Of a stretch of DNA of 32,000 nt, positions 1 through 8,931 are shown piece after piece. The stretch is taken from NCBI GenBank assembly GCA_964543385.1, contig CAZIYE010000001.1:1-32000 (forward strand). Reading direction: 5' to 3'. Position 1 is the stretch's first letter. Each line of letters begins with the position of its first letter. Origin of the DNA: an uncultured Candidatus Saccharibacteria bacterium (GTDB lineage: Bacteria; Patescibacteriota; UBA1384; XYA2-FULL-43-10; 1-14-0-10-43-13). Position numbers and translations under genes: made by a program. A model generated the notes under the pieces. It was given only the letters and a program-made list of their open reading frames with translations, made no database searches and was not told the origin of the DNA.

Positions 1-77
1 AGATCATCAATGTAGATGACAAACTAAAATCCCTCAATCAGAAGATAGAGATGAGGAAAAGGGTAGAGGAAAGGTAA
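1..77 (+). CDS. 3' end of an unidentified upstream gene (frame 3: ...IINVDDKLKSLNQKIEMRKRVEER*)
   Basis: Frame 3 is open from the window edge to TAA at 75-77. It is too short to identify. Confidence 0.25.
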   Translation, partial: IINVDDKLKSLNQKIEMRKRVEER

Positions 78-122
78 AAAATAATATATAATTTAAATAT
101 ACCAAATAAAGGAGGAGTTAAA

Positions 123-830
123 ATGAAGTTAAAAAGTAATGTAATATTGCTCACGATGATTTTGCTAGTTGTATCAGTATGCACATTTTCGGTGCATATA
201 GCCAAAGCAGCTGACAGTCTTTCTGTAGTGAATATATCTACAGCTGATAAGCCTGGGTACACGGTATATTGGCCAAAAGATAAGGGAATTGCCAAATTAG
301 AAAGAGCAAAAGAAAGCGGCAATTTTGAGCAGATCGCGGAAACTGATTTAAATTTTTATGCTGATTTTTCGGTCGAGAAAGGTATTAAATATATTTACAA
401 GGTAACATATGCTGGTAATGCGCTAACAGCTACAACATCGGATATATTAACAGGCAGACCAACAATATCCTCTATAAAAATTGAGAGTGGCGCCATAAGT
501 GCAGCTGAGGCTAGTGTTATTATTAACTTTAGAACGGACAGATTATCTAAAAATCAGATATTCTATGGCACAAGTATGAGTTATGAGAGTCAGACAGAAC
601 AAAGCGCAGACTTAAATCAATCTCATACTATTTTGATAGAAAAGCTAAAGCCAAACACAACCTATCACTTCAAGATAAGAACCTCAGACAAGACAGATAA
701 AAATAGCACAGAATCAGATGATCAGGTGTTCACCACACCAATTGCGCCTCCCGATCAGTCTCTTCTGGAAATAATAATACAAGCTCTTACCAGGGCGTTT
801 GCTGGTTTTGAAAAATGGCTTAAAAGTTAA
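123..830 (+). CDS. Secreted protein with Fn3 / purple-acid-phosphatase-N-like beta-sandwich repeats; function unknown
   Basis: AAGGAGG lies 7 nt upstream of the ATG. The N-terminus has a hydrophobic signal peptide ending AKA|AD. The YGTS...HTILIEKLKPNTTYHFKI...FTT pattern is typical of Fn3-like domains. The C-terminus is an amphipathic helix. Confidence 0.6.
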   Translation: MKLKSNVILLTMILLVVSVCTFSVHIAKAADSLSVVNISTADKPGYTVYWPKDKGIAKLERAKESGNFEQIAETDLNFYADFSVEKGIKYIYKVTYAGNALTATTSDILTGRPTISSIKIESGAISAAEASVIINFRTDRLSKNQIFYGTSMSYESQTEQSADLNQSHTILIEKLKPNTTYHFKIRTSDKTDKNSTESDDQVFTTPIAPPDQSLLEIIIQALTRAFAGFEKWLKS

Positions 831-842
831 GTAGAGGGTACA

Positions 843-1667
843 ATGGACGGTTTGGGTAAAATATTAGGTGTCTCCGATAAAGCTACATATTTTTTTAGCA
901 ATCTCCAAATGATACTTAATTGGACTCTGATTTTGGATGTTCTTATAGTTTCAGTTTTATTCTATTGGGCTTATCTTTTCTTGCACGAGACAAAGGCAAT
1001 GAGAATTTTATATGGCTTATTTATTCTGGTTGCATTAACAGCAATTGGTTATTTATTCAATTTACTACTATTGAACTGGATACTAAGATATCTGATGGCA
1101 ATGCTTGTGGTTGCAATACCAATTGTTTTTCAGCCGGAGCTCAGAGCTGCTCTTGAAAAGCTCGGGCGCACTAAATTCTTGAGTGATTTAACTTTCTCCA
1201 AGGAAAGTAATTCTAGAATAATTGATGAAATAGCAAACGCAGTTACGGATTTGGCTAAACAAAAGATTGGTTGTCTAATTGTATTACAGCGCCAAACAGG
1301 CTTGAGGGAATATATTGAAACTGGCATAAAATTAGAAGCCCAAGTTTCGGGGGCGCTACTATCTTCAATATTTTTTCCAAGATCACCACTTCACGATGGG
1401 GCTGTAATATTGTCCGGAGATAAAATAGTTTCCGCAAAGTCTATTTTGCCCGTATCTGGGGCATCTATTAATCCTGGCTTAGGAACTAGGCACCGGGCAG
1501 GACTCGGTGTAACAGAGGGTTCGGATGCGGTTTCCATCATCGTTTCCGAGGAGACTGGTTCTCTATCTATAGCAGTTGGAGGAAAACTAGAAAGAAGAAT
1601 TTCCGAGGAACGCCTGCGTAGTCGGTTATCATATTTGCTTAGAAGCAGCATAAAGGCTCATGATTAA
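843..1667 (+). CDS. cdaA: Diadenylate cyclase CdaA/DacA (membrane-anchored DAC domain)
   Basis: Three N-terminal hydrophobic helices precede a DAC domain with the PLHDGAVIL and GTRHRAGLG motifs. A GAGGG ribosome-binding site lies upstream. Confidence 0.9.
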   Translation: MDGLGKILGVSDKATYFFSNLQMILNWTLILDVLIVSVLFYWAYLFLHETKAMRILYGLFILVALTAIGYLFNLLLLNWILRYLMAMLVVAIPIVFQPELRAALEKLGRTKFLSDLTFSKESNSRIIDEIANAVTDLAKQKIGCLIVLQRQTGLREYIETGIKLEAQVSGALLSSIFFPRSPLHDGAVILSGDKIVSAKSILPVSGASINPGLGTRHRAGLGVTEGSDAVSIIVSEETGSLSIAVGGKLERRISEERLRSRLSYLLRSSIKAHD

Positions 1668-1669
1668 AG

Positions 1670-2878
1670 ATGTATAAATTTCTAACAAAAAATCTAGCAA
1701 TCAAAATTATCTGTCTTGTTGCGGCAGCAAGCCTTTGGATTTATGTAGCAACTGCTCAAAATAGCGTGGCAAAATTTCCTGGCTCAGTAAAGATTAAAGT
1801 ATTCAATACCCAGACAAGTCTCGTTGCCGTCTATGATGTCAAAGAAGTCGAAATAAAAGTCATGACTGATTCTGCTAATTGGCGCAAGTTATCAGCTGAG
1901 TCATTTTCTGCTTACGTTGATTTGTCCAGTTATACGGCAGGAACCTATGAAGTGCCTATCAATGTAGTCTCTTCTGTATCAGGAGTGCAGGTAGTCGAAA
2001 AAAAACCAGATAAGATACTTATTAGTCTAGAACCAGTTCTAAGCAAAGAGGTTCCTATTCTTAAAAAAATAGAGGGCAATGCTGCTGAGGGGATGACAGC
2101 TGGAATAGTTACTTTTAATCCAGACAAGGCAGTTATTCGTGGAGCAAAAAGTCTTGTAGAAAACATTCAAGAGGCAACAGCCAAAGTAGCCCTTAGCGGC
2201 GAATCAACGAGTTTTAGTAAGAAAATTACGCTCTCTATTTCTGGTGTAGAGGAATCAGATGGGGCTGTGGAGATAACCCCCTCAGAGGTAACTACAGAAG
2301 TGTCTATTATCAAAGGAGCTAACATCAAATCTGTTGGTGTAAAACCAAGTGTTAAGGGATCGCCCAAAACTAATTATTTTATTTCTGATATTGTTGTTAA
2401 TCCAAACGTCGTTGACGTTACTGGCTCGACTGTTTCTATCTCCGATATAAAATTTTTAGAAACCACTGTAGTCGATATTGGTAATGCTACGGCGGATATT
2501 ACCAAAGATGTTCTCCTAAAGCTTCCTAGTGGTGTTTCACTACTGGATCCCTCAACCTCAAGTGTTCAAGTGGAGATAAAAATATCGTCTATAAGTGTTA
2601 CTAGGGATATTGTTACTAGTAGTTTCAAACATATTAATAATAATCTTGACGTTGCATCAATAAATCCGGGAGAAGTGACTATTAAATGTTCCGGTAACTT
2701 AGCCTTATTTGATAACTTAGATAAATCGTCAGTATCCGTGCTCCTAAATTTTGAAAATAAGATTCCGAATACCTTTGGCGAAATCTACTTTGATCTGCTG
2801 CCTAGCGATATTAGTGTTCCCTCTGGTATGGAAATCATTGGTGTTACAACGAAAAATATTACCGCCAGGATTAGATAA
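1670..2878 (+). CDS. cdaR: YbbR-domain protein, CdaA regulator CdaR
   Basis: The start lies 2 nt after the cdaA stop. The protein has an N-terminal TM helix followed by about 400 aa of repeated beta-rich YbbR-like modules. This is the canonical cdaA-cdaR pairing. Confidence 0.8.
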   Translation: MYKFLTKNLAIKIICLVAAASLWIYVATAQNSVAKFPGSVKIKVFNTQTSLVAVYDVKEVEIKVMTDSANWRKLSAESFSAYVDLSSYTAGTYEVPINVVSSVSGVQVVEKKPDKILISLEPVLSKEVPILKKIEGNAAEGMTAGIVTFNPDKAVIRGAKSLVENIQEATAKVALSGESTSFSKKITLSISGVEESDGAVEITPSEVTTEVSIIKGANIKSVGVKPSVKGSPKTNYFISDIVVNPNVVDVTGSTVSISDIKFLETTVVDIGNATADITKDVLLKLPSGVSLLDPSTSSVQVEIKISSISVTRDIVTSSFKHINNNLDVASINPGEVTIKCSGNLALFDNLDKSSVSVLLNFENKIPNTFGEIYFDLLPSDISVPSGMEIIGVTTKNITARIR

Positions 2879-2914
2879 AAAGCTAAAATGTTCCCTGGAT
2901 AGTATCTTTTAGGC

Positions 2915-2943
2915 TTGACTTATAAACCGCTTACGTTTAAAAT
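2915..2943 (+). promoter_or_regulatory. Sigma-70-like promoter TTGACT-17 nt-TAAAAT
   Basis: Hexamers at 2915-2920 and 2938-2943 have a 17-nt spacer. A 7-bp inverted repeat, TGTATTG/CAATACA (2953-2973), follows. Confidence 0.5.
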
Positions 2944-2979
2944 ATTAAACTGTATTGTGAAAAGCAATACAAAAACACT

Positions 2980-4107
2980 ATGGCATTATTATCAGATTTA
3001 GAACCTCCGTCGTCTACAAAGACACAGGAGACAAAAAATCAAAACAATTTAATAGCAAACAAGTTTTATAAACTAACGAGTAAGTTTTCCTCTTTATGGA
3101 CCATGTTAGTTTTTTTTGTTGGCCAATCCAGAAATTTTCCAGCATTTGTTGGTAATATATACAAGCAGAATTCAAAATTTCTTCCTCATTTTGTAATAGT
3201 ATTTCTAGTGCTAGTAGTCGCTACTTCAAATGTTGCAGAATCGGCAAGGGCAAAGGCTCTAACGTTTGACCTCGTGTCTCCGAATCCTGACGAAGAGTTT
3301 TCGGTTGCAACTGATGTGGACAGATTTACTCCACTAGTGGAGAATGATCCTATCTTACTTGATAAGTATATATTAGCACAGATAAACTATGATGGATTCG
3401 CTCAAAATGTTGCATCAATAAATACCCAGTTAACGGCTAGGGTAGAGCCTTTGCCTGATAATACTAAGGAAGCGGTATCTTATATTGTTAAAGCTGGTGA
3501 TTCACTTTCTCAGATAGCAGCAAATTTTGGGGTCAAGTTAGTCGCAGTTAAGTATCTAAATGATATTGAAGGTGATGTTATTAAACCTGGTGCTAAAATT
3601 AAAATTCCATCAAAGGCGTATACTGTTTCAGCGTCAGAAATAGCAAAGAAAGAGCAAGCAAAAAATATTAAACTGGCAAAATCCAATCGTAATACTGTGT
3701 CTAGATCAACCAGCAGAAGCAGTTATGCAGGAGGATATCAGGGAGATGTTAGCATCGGTCTCTCAACGCCACTCTCATACTATCAATATATATCGCGTGG
3801 CGTGAGCCGATATCATAATGGTATTGATTATGCTACAGGTGTAGGGACTCCTGTTATTGCTGCTGCAAATGGAGTAGTTATAGCCACTTCTACTGGCTGG
3901 TCTGGTGGATATGGCAATCAGATAGTAGTATCGCATGGAAACGGTGTTGCAACCAGATACGCTCATTTAAACTCAGTAAAAGTCTCCTCTGGACAAACGG
4001 TAGTGCAAGGGCAACTGATTGGCTATTCTGGAAATAGCGGTAATTCTACTGGACCTCATCTTCATTTTGAAAAGATTGTTAATGGTCGTACAGTAAACCC
4101 GTTCTAA
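2980..4107 (+). CDS. LysM-domain M23 family metallopeptidase (cell-wall endopeptidase), membrane-anchored
   Basis: A TM segment (FVIVFLVLVVATSNVA) is followed by a LysM motif (YIVKAGDSLSQIAANFGV...LNDI...IKPGAKIKIP). The M23 catalytic motifs HNGIDYA and GNSTGPHLHFE are present. The start codon is uncertain because there is no SD at 2980. Confidence 0.85.
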   Translation: MALLSDLEPPSSTKTQETKNQNNLIANKFYKLTSKFSSLWTMLVFFVGQSRNFPAFVGNIYKQNSKFLPHFVIVFLVLVVATSNVAESARAKALTFDLVSPNPDEEFSVATDVDRFTPLVENDPILLDKYILAQINYDGFAQNVASINTQLTARVEPLPDNTKEAVSYIVKAGDSLSQIAANFGVKLVAVKYLNDIEGDVIKPGAKIKIPSKAYTVSASEIAKKEQAKNIKLAKSNRNTVSRSTSRSSYAGGYQGDVSIGLSTPLSYYQYISRGVSRYHNGIDYATGVGTPVIAAANGVVIATSTGWSGGYGNQIVVSHGNGVATRYAHLNSVKVSSGQTVVQGQLIGYSGNSGNSTGPHLHFEKIVNGRTVNPF

Positions 4108-4131
4108 GCTCTATCACTAACTATCACTAGG

Positions 4132-4156
4132 TCTCTGGCGTTGTCAGGGATTTTGT
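4132..4156 (+). terminator. Weak intrinsic terminator candidate (TCTCTG-7 nt loop-CAGGGA then TTTTGTGTT)
   Basis: A 6-bp stem with one G-U pair is followed by a T-rich tract downstream of the peptidase gene. Confidence 0.35.
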
Positions 4157-4219
4157 GTTACTATAATATTTGATTAACTAAATCTTTCCATATGGTGTCT
4201 GCCACCTTGAAGCTAAATT

Positions 4220-5194
4220 ATGTTTATTGACGAAGTAGAAATTTATGTTAAGGCTGGAAACGGTGGAAACGGTGCCGTCTCTTTTCGTCGTGAAAAGTAT
4301 ATACCAAATGGTGGACCAGACGGTGGTGACGGTGCCAAGGGCGGAGACATCGTCTTCGAAGTTGATAGCAGAGTCCACGGTCTTTCCACATATACCTGTC
4401 GGAAGCGATTTTTAGCCAAGAATGGCCAAAATGGTATGGGCAGTAATAAATCAGGGAAAAATGCAGAAAATTTAGTACTGAAAGTGCCAGCAGGCACAGA
4501 GATCTATGATCACGAAAAGTTGGTGGTTGATCTTACAGAGGAGGGGCAAGTCTATCTCATGGCAAAAGGTGGAAAGGGAGGATGGGGCAATCAACATTTT
4601 GCAACCAGTATAAAGCAGGCACCTAAGTGGGCTAAAGACGGTATGAAGGGGGAGTCGCACAAACTTCGGTTGGTGCTAAAAACCATCGCAGCTGTTGGGC
4701 TAATCGGTCTCCCAAATGCTGGCAAATCAACCTTGCTGTCTGTTTTAACAAACGCTAAACCAAAGATCGCCGATTATCCATTTACGACGCTAGAACCAAA
4801 TTTGGGCACATATGTAGATAAGGACTCCAGAATCATCATCGCTGACATTCCCGGGCTAATTGAGGGTGCTGCAGAGGGTAAGGGACTCGGCGATAAATTC
4901 CTAAAGCACATAGAGCGAACCAAGATTGTTCTTCATCTGATTGACGCCAGCTCATTAGATGTCAAAAGTGATTATAATATTATTAGAGCTGAGCTCAAGG
5001 CATTTTCTAAAGAATTAATGAAAAAGAAACAGATTGTAGTCTTGAATAAGATAGAGCTTCTATGTGAAGATATTGTCGCTCAGAAAATGAAAGAATTGAA
5101 ATCTCTAAAATCGAAACCAGTAGCGATATCAGCCTCAACACATAAAGGCCTTGATAAATTAATGCAAATAGTCAAGAATACTCTTGTCGATTAG
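4220..5194 (+). CDS. obg: GTPase Obg (short form: Obg fold + G domain, no C-terminal domain)
   Basis: The N-terminus has the glycine-rich Obg fold (MFIDEVEIYVKAGNGGNGAVSFRREKY...GGDGAKGGD). The G-domain motifs are G1 GLPNAGKST, G3 DIPGLIEGA and G4 NKIE. Confidence 0.93.
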   Translation: MFIDEVEIYVKAGNGGNGAVSFRREKYIPNGGPDGGDGAKGGDIVFEVDSRVHGLSTYTCRKRFLAKNGQNGMGSNKSGKNAENLVLKVPAGTEIYDHEKLVVDLTEEGQVYLMAKGGKGGWGNQHFATSIKQAPKWAKDGMKGESHKLRLVLKTIAAVGLIGLPNAGKSTLLSVLTNAKPKIADYPFTTLEPNLGTYVDKDSRIIIADIPGLIEGAAEGKGLGDKFLKHIERTKIVLHLIDASSLDVKSDYNIIRAELKAFSKELMKKKQIVVLNKIELLCEDIVAQKMKELKSLKSKPVAISASTHKGLDKLMQIVKNTLVD

Positions 5195-5248
5195 AAAAAT
5201 ACACTTATATTTGGTCTCTTGTGTGGAAATCTACTGTAAAATTACCAA

Positions 5249-5277
5249 TTGACACCATACTAGTACTTATCTATACT
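5249..5277 (+). promoter_or_regulatory. rpoB promoter P1: TTGACA-17 nt-TATACT
   Basis: Consensus -35 at 5249-5254, a 17-nt spacer, and -10 at 5272-5277. Confidence 0.5.
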
Positions 5278-5312
5278 GTAACTAATCCAATGGAAAATGA
5301 GGTATACTTGTG

Positions 5313-5341
5313 TTGACAAGTGAATTCTCGTGTGCTATTAT
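5313..5341 (+). promoter_or_regulatory. rpoB promoter P2: TTGACA-17 nt-(TGc)TATTAT, extended -10
   Basis: Consensus -35 at 5313-5318 and -10 at 5336-5341, preceded by TGC (an extended -10 TGn). Confidence 0.55.
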
Positions 5342-5490
5342 TTATTCTAATAGAATTATTTTTAGAGTTGGAAAAAAAGTTGGGTTTCAGTTGTACTCTA
5401 AACAGAAGATAGTTATTATATTTCCCCGAAAGCAATCGGGTGAATTTTTGTGGTTAATTTAATAAATATAAATTTATATTAAGGAGAGCG

Positions 5491-8400
5491 ATGGCAACTA
5501 GTATGAAAAACGTCACTACTCGTATTTTACCTCGACAGGAAAGTCCCTTTGAAAAGTTACCAAATCTCATAGAGATTCAAACTAAATCTTATGAATGGTT
5601 TTTCAAAGAAGGCTTAAGAGAGCTTCTGGACGAAATCTCTCCGGTTGAAGATTTTACCAGCGAACTTTACTCGCTCACTTTTGGCGATTATTATCTTGAT
5701 AAACCTCGAATCGATGAAAAAACCGCTCGAGAAAAGAATCTTACTTTCAAGGCACCGCTGCGAGTTAAAGTGTCTCTTCTAAATAAACAGACAAAAGAGA
5801 TTAAAGAGGGCGAGGTTTTCCTCGGTGATTTCCCTATCATGACTCGTTGCGGAACTTTTATTATAAACGGTGTTGAGCGTTGTGTAGTTTCTCAGATAGT
5901 TAGATCATACGGTGTACTCTTTACTGCCGAAAGAATCAACGACAAAAGCTACTTTGGTGCCAAGGTCATTCCAAATAGAGGTGCATGGCTTGAGCTTGAG
6001 AGCAACTCTAAAGGCGTCATCACTGTCAAGGTTGATCGCAAAAGAAGAATCCCCGTCACTACATTTTTAAGAGCACTTGGAGTTGGTACTGATGAGCAGA
6101 TAAAGGCATTATTTACCGACGTCGATACTGAGGAACTAAAATTCATCGATGCAACTCTTGATAAAGATCCCGCCAAGAGTTACGAAGAAGGTCTTGTTGA
6201 AACATATAAGAGAATCCGTCCTGGAGATCTCGCTACACCAGAGTCAGCAAAATCTTTCATCGAGATGATGCTTTATAGTCCAAAAAGGTATGATTTAGGA
6301 CGTGTTGGCCGATACAAATTGAATCAACGTCTAGGTTTGAAGATTGAAAATACTGTTGAAAATAGAATTTTCCGCAAAGAAGACTTGGTTGAAATAATTA
6401 AAGAAATTATTCGTCTAAACAATACTCCTGGCGCCAAAGCAGATGATACCGATGCGTTGAAAAATAGAAGAATTAAGGCTGTGGGCGAATCTGTCCAAGG
6501 TCGAATTCGTGTTGGACTTCTTAGAGTAGAAAGAATCATCAAAGACAGAATGAGTGTTCTTGATCCTGTTGATATTGCCCCACAAGCCTTGGTCAATTCA
6601 AGACCAGTGGTAGCTGCTCTCCAAGAGTTTTTCTCTTCATCTCAACTTTCTCAGTTCATGAATCAGACTAATCCATTATCGGAGCTTGAGCACAAAAGAA
6701 CTCTTTCTGCGACAGGTCCAGGTGGTCTATCCAGAGAAAGAGCCGGTTTTGAAGTTCGAGACGTTCATGAATCGCACTACGGACGTATTTGTCCTATTGA
6801 ATCCCCTGAAGGTCCAAACATCGGTTTGGTAAGTTATATGGCTTCATATGCCAGAATAAATGACTACGGATTTATGGAAACACCATACCGCAAGGTTAAG
6901 ATTGAAAATGGTAAGGCAAAAGTTACTGACGATGTTGTATATCTTGATGCCGGAACTGAAGAAAAAGCTATAATTGCACCTGCTTCAGTAGAAATTGACG
7001 AGAAAGGCTATATTAAGGGAGATAGAGTTATTGTTCGTCGCTTTGGCCATCCTGATATTGAATCAGCTTCGCTTGTTGAATTTATGGATGTATCGCCAAG
7101 ACAAATTGTATCTATTGCTACTTCTCTTATTCCTTTCGTTGAGCATGATGACGGTGCTAGGGCAATGATGGGCTCGAACATGCAACGCCAAGCTGTACCA
7201 CTAATCACTCCAGATTCACCTATTGTTGGTACTGGTATGGAAAAAGCAGCAGCTCATTATTCTGGTCAGATAATTCTTGCGAAAAATAGTGGAACTGTTA
7301 GCCATGTTTCGTCAAGGTTGATCCGTGTCAAGGGCGAAAAAGGTGAGGAAGACGAATACTATCTTGAGAAATTTGCTCGTTCAAATCAAGGTACTTTAAT
7401 CAACCAACGCCCAGTTGTTAATGTTGGAGACGTTGTCAAAGCTGACGATGTTATCGCTGACTCATCTGCAACTGATAATGGTGAAATTGCATTAGGACAG
7501 AATCTGCTAGTTGCATTTATGCCATGGGGCGGCTCAAACTTTGAAGACGCTATTATTATTTCTGATCGTTTAGTAAAAGAACATACATTATCCTCCGTTC
7601 ATATTGAGCAATACTCTATCGAAGTTCGAGATACAAAGCTTGGACCTGAAGTATTAACTCGCGATATTCCAAATGTTTCCGAAGAAGCACTATCTAATCT
7701 GGATGAACTAGGAATTATAAGGATCGGCGCAGAGGTTCAATCTGGCGACATTCTCACAGGTAAGATTTCACCAAAAGGTGAAACGGAGCTTTCTAGTGAA
7801 GAGAAACTTCTTCGCGCTATCTTTGGCGAAAAAGCTAAGGATGTCCGTGACTCATCTCTAAGATTACCTCATGGTGAATACGGCAAAGTAGTGAATGTTA
7901 AGATCTTCTCAAAAGAAACTGGCGACGAATTACCTACCGGTGTATATCAAATGGTTGAAGTTTCAGTTGCTCAATTGAGAAAAATATCAGTCGGTGATAA
8001 GTTGGCTGGTCGACATGGTAACAAAGGTGTTATATCAGTTATTCTTCCACAAGAAGACATGCCCTTCATGCCGGACGGTCGTCCTGTAGACGTAGTTCTA
8101 AACCCTCTTGGCGTAATCTCACGTATGAATGTTGGTCAGATATTAGAAACACATCTTGGTCTGGCTGCTATGCATGGTGGCTACAAGATCGCAACCCCAG
8201 TATTTGAAGGAATTCAAATTGAAGAGATCAAAGAAAGATTGAAAAAAGAAGGTCTTCCAGAGGATGGTAAAATCCAGCTTATTGATGGCCGAACAGGCGA
8301 TACTTTTGATCGAAAAACTACTGTTGGAATAATGTATATTCTAAAACTTCACCATCTAGTTGATGACAAGATGCACGCCAGAAGTGTCGGTCCATACTCA

Positions 8401-8874
8401 ATGATCACTCAACAGCCTCTTGGCGGTAAAGCTCAATTTGGTGGACAGAGATTTGGTGAGATGGAAGTTTGGGCACTTGAAGCATATGGTGCCGCTCATA
8501 CACTTCAGGAAATGCTAACTATTAAATCTGATGATATTGTGGGTCGTAGCAAAATCTACGAAGCAATTATCAAGGGTGAAAAGATTCAAAAACCAGTTAT
8601 CCCAGAGGCATTTAATGTTATGGTTAAAGAGCTTCAGAGCTTATGTCTTGATGTTGATCTGATTTCTACCCAGGAAGAAGCATTGGCAATTGAAGACAAA
8701 CCAGTCGAAAAACCAGAAGAAGTAGCTGGCCCAGTTGCTCCTACCGAATACGAAGAGGTCGACGATGAAAACGAATATGATGAAGAGTTAGACGAAAAAC
8801 TAACAGAAATCGCTGCTGAGCAAACTTCCGAGGAAGATGATGTTGAGGCAGATCTGGACGAGATTAAGGAGTAA
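5491..8874 (+). CDS. rpoB: DNA-directed RNA polymerase beta subunit, with a 68-aa acidic C-terminal extension
   Basis: An AAGGAGA SD is present. Full-length RpoB motifs are seen throughout, e.g. [27 protein letters not shown] and [10 protein letters not shown]. Confidence 0.98.
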   Translation: MATSMKNVTTRILPRQESPFEKLPNLIEIQTKSYEWFFKEGLRELLDEISPVEDFTSELYSLTFGDYYLDKPRIDEKTAREKNLTFKAPLRVKVSLLNKQTKEIKEGEVFLGDFPIMTRCGTFIINGVERCVVSQIVRSYGVLFTAERINDKSYFGAKVIPNRGAWLELESNSKGVITVKVDRKRRIPVTTFLRALGVGTDEQIKALFTDVDTEELKFIDATLDKDPAKSYEEGLVETYKRIRPGDLATPESAKSFIEMMLYSPKRYDLGRVGRYKLNQRLGLKIENTVENRIFRKEDLVEIIKEIIRLNNTPGAKADDTDALKNRRIKAVGESVQGRIRVGLLRVERIIKDRMSVLDPVDIAPQALVNSRPVVAALQEFFSSSQLSQFMNQTNPLSELEHKRTLSATGPGGLSRERAGFEVRDVHESHYGRICPIESPEGPNIGLVSYMASYARINDYGFMETPYRKVKIENGKAKVTDDVVYLDAGTEEKAIIAPASVEIDEKGYIKGDRVIVRRFGHPDIESASLVEFMDVSPRQIVSIATSLIPFVEHDDGARAMMGSNMQRQAVPLITPDSPIVGTGMEKAAAHYSGQIILAKNSGTVSHVSSRLIRVKGEKGEEDEYYLEKFARSNQGTLINQRPVVNVGDVVKADDVIADSSATDNGEIALGQNLLVAFMPWGGSNFEDAIIISDRLVKEHTLSSVHIEQYSIEVRDTKLGPEVLTRDIPNVSEEALSNLDELGIIRIGAEVQSGDILTGKISPKGETELSSEEKLLRAIFGEKAKDVRDSSLRLPHGEYGKVVNVKIFSKETGDELPTGVYQMVEVSVAQLRKISVGDKLAGRHGNKGVISVILPQEDMPFMPDGRPVDVVLNPLGVISRMNVGQILETHLGLAAMHGGYKIATPVFEGIQIEEIKERLKKEGLPEDGKIQLIDGRTGDTFDRKTTVGIMYILKLHHLVDDKMHARSVGPYSMITQQPLGGKAQFGGQRFGEMEVWALEAYGAAHTLQEMLTIKSDDIVGRSKIYEAIIKGEKIQKPVIPEAFNVMVKELQSLCLDVDLISTQEEALAIEDKPVEKPEEVAGPVAPTEYEEVDDENEYDEELDEKLTEIAAEQTSEEDDVEADLDEIKE

Positions 8875-8931
8875 TTATTCATTAATTTTAAATTTTAAAT
8901 TTACAATTGTGAATTAATAATAAGGATATAT

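Noticed and set aside
38-322. 94-aa minus-strand ORF at the window start
   Set aside because: It overlaps the SD-preceded plus-strand secreted-protein gene, has no RBS and is low-complexity. I treat it as an antisense artefact.
2879-3110. Possible ydaO-type c-di-AMP riboswitch upstream of the LysM/M23 hydrolase
   Set aside because: I did not see the conserved G-rich pseudo-symmetric motifs (ACGGGG/GGGGA-type elements). The region is AT-rich and has only a 7-bp hairpin. It needs cmscan to be certain.
8634-8882. 82-aa Ser-rich minus-strand ORF opposite the rpoB 3' end
   Set aside because: It is the antisense reading of GAA/GAT-rich acidic-tail codons, which gives TTC/ATC/Ser-rich open frames. 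This is a compositional artefact.
8875-8931. AATTTTA-type tandem repeats in the rpoB-rpoC spacer
   Set aside because: This is short AT-only low-complexity sequence, expected by chance in an AT-rich intergenic region.
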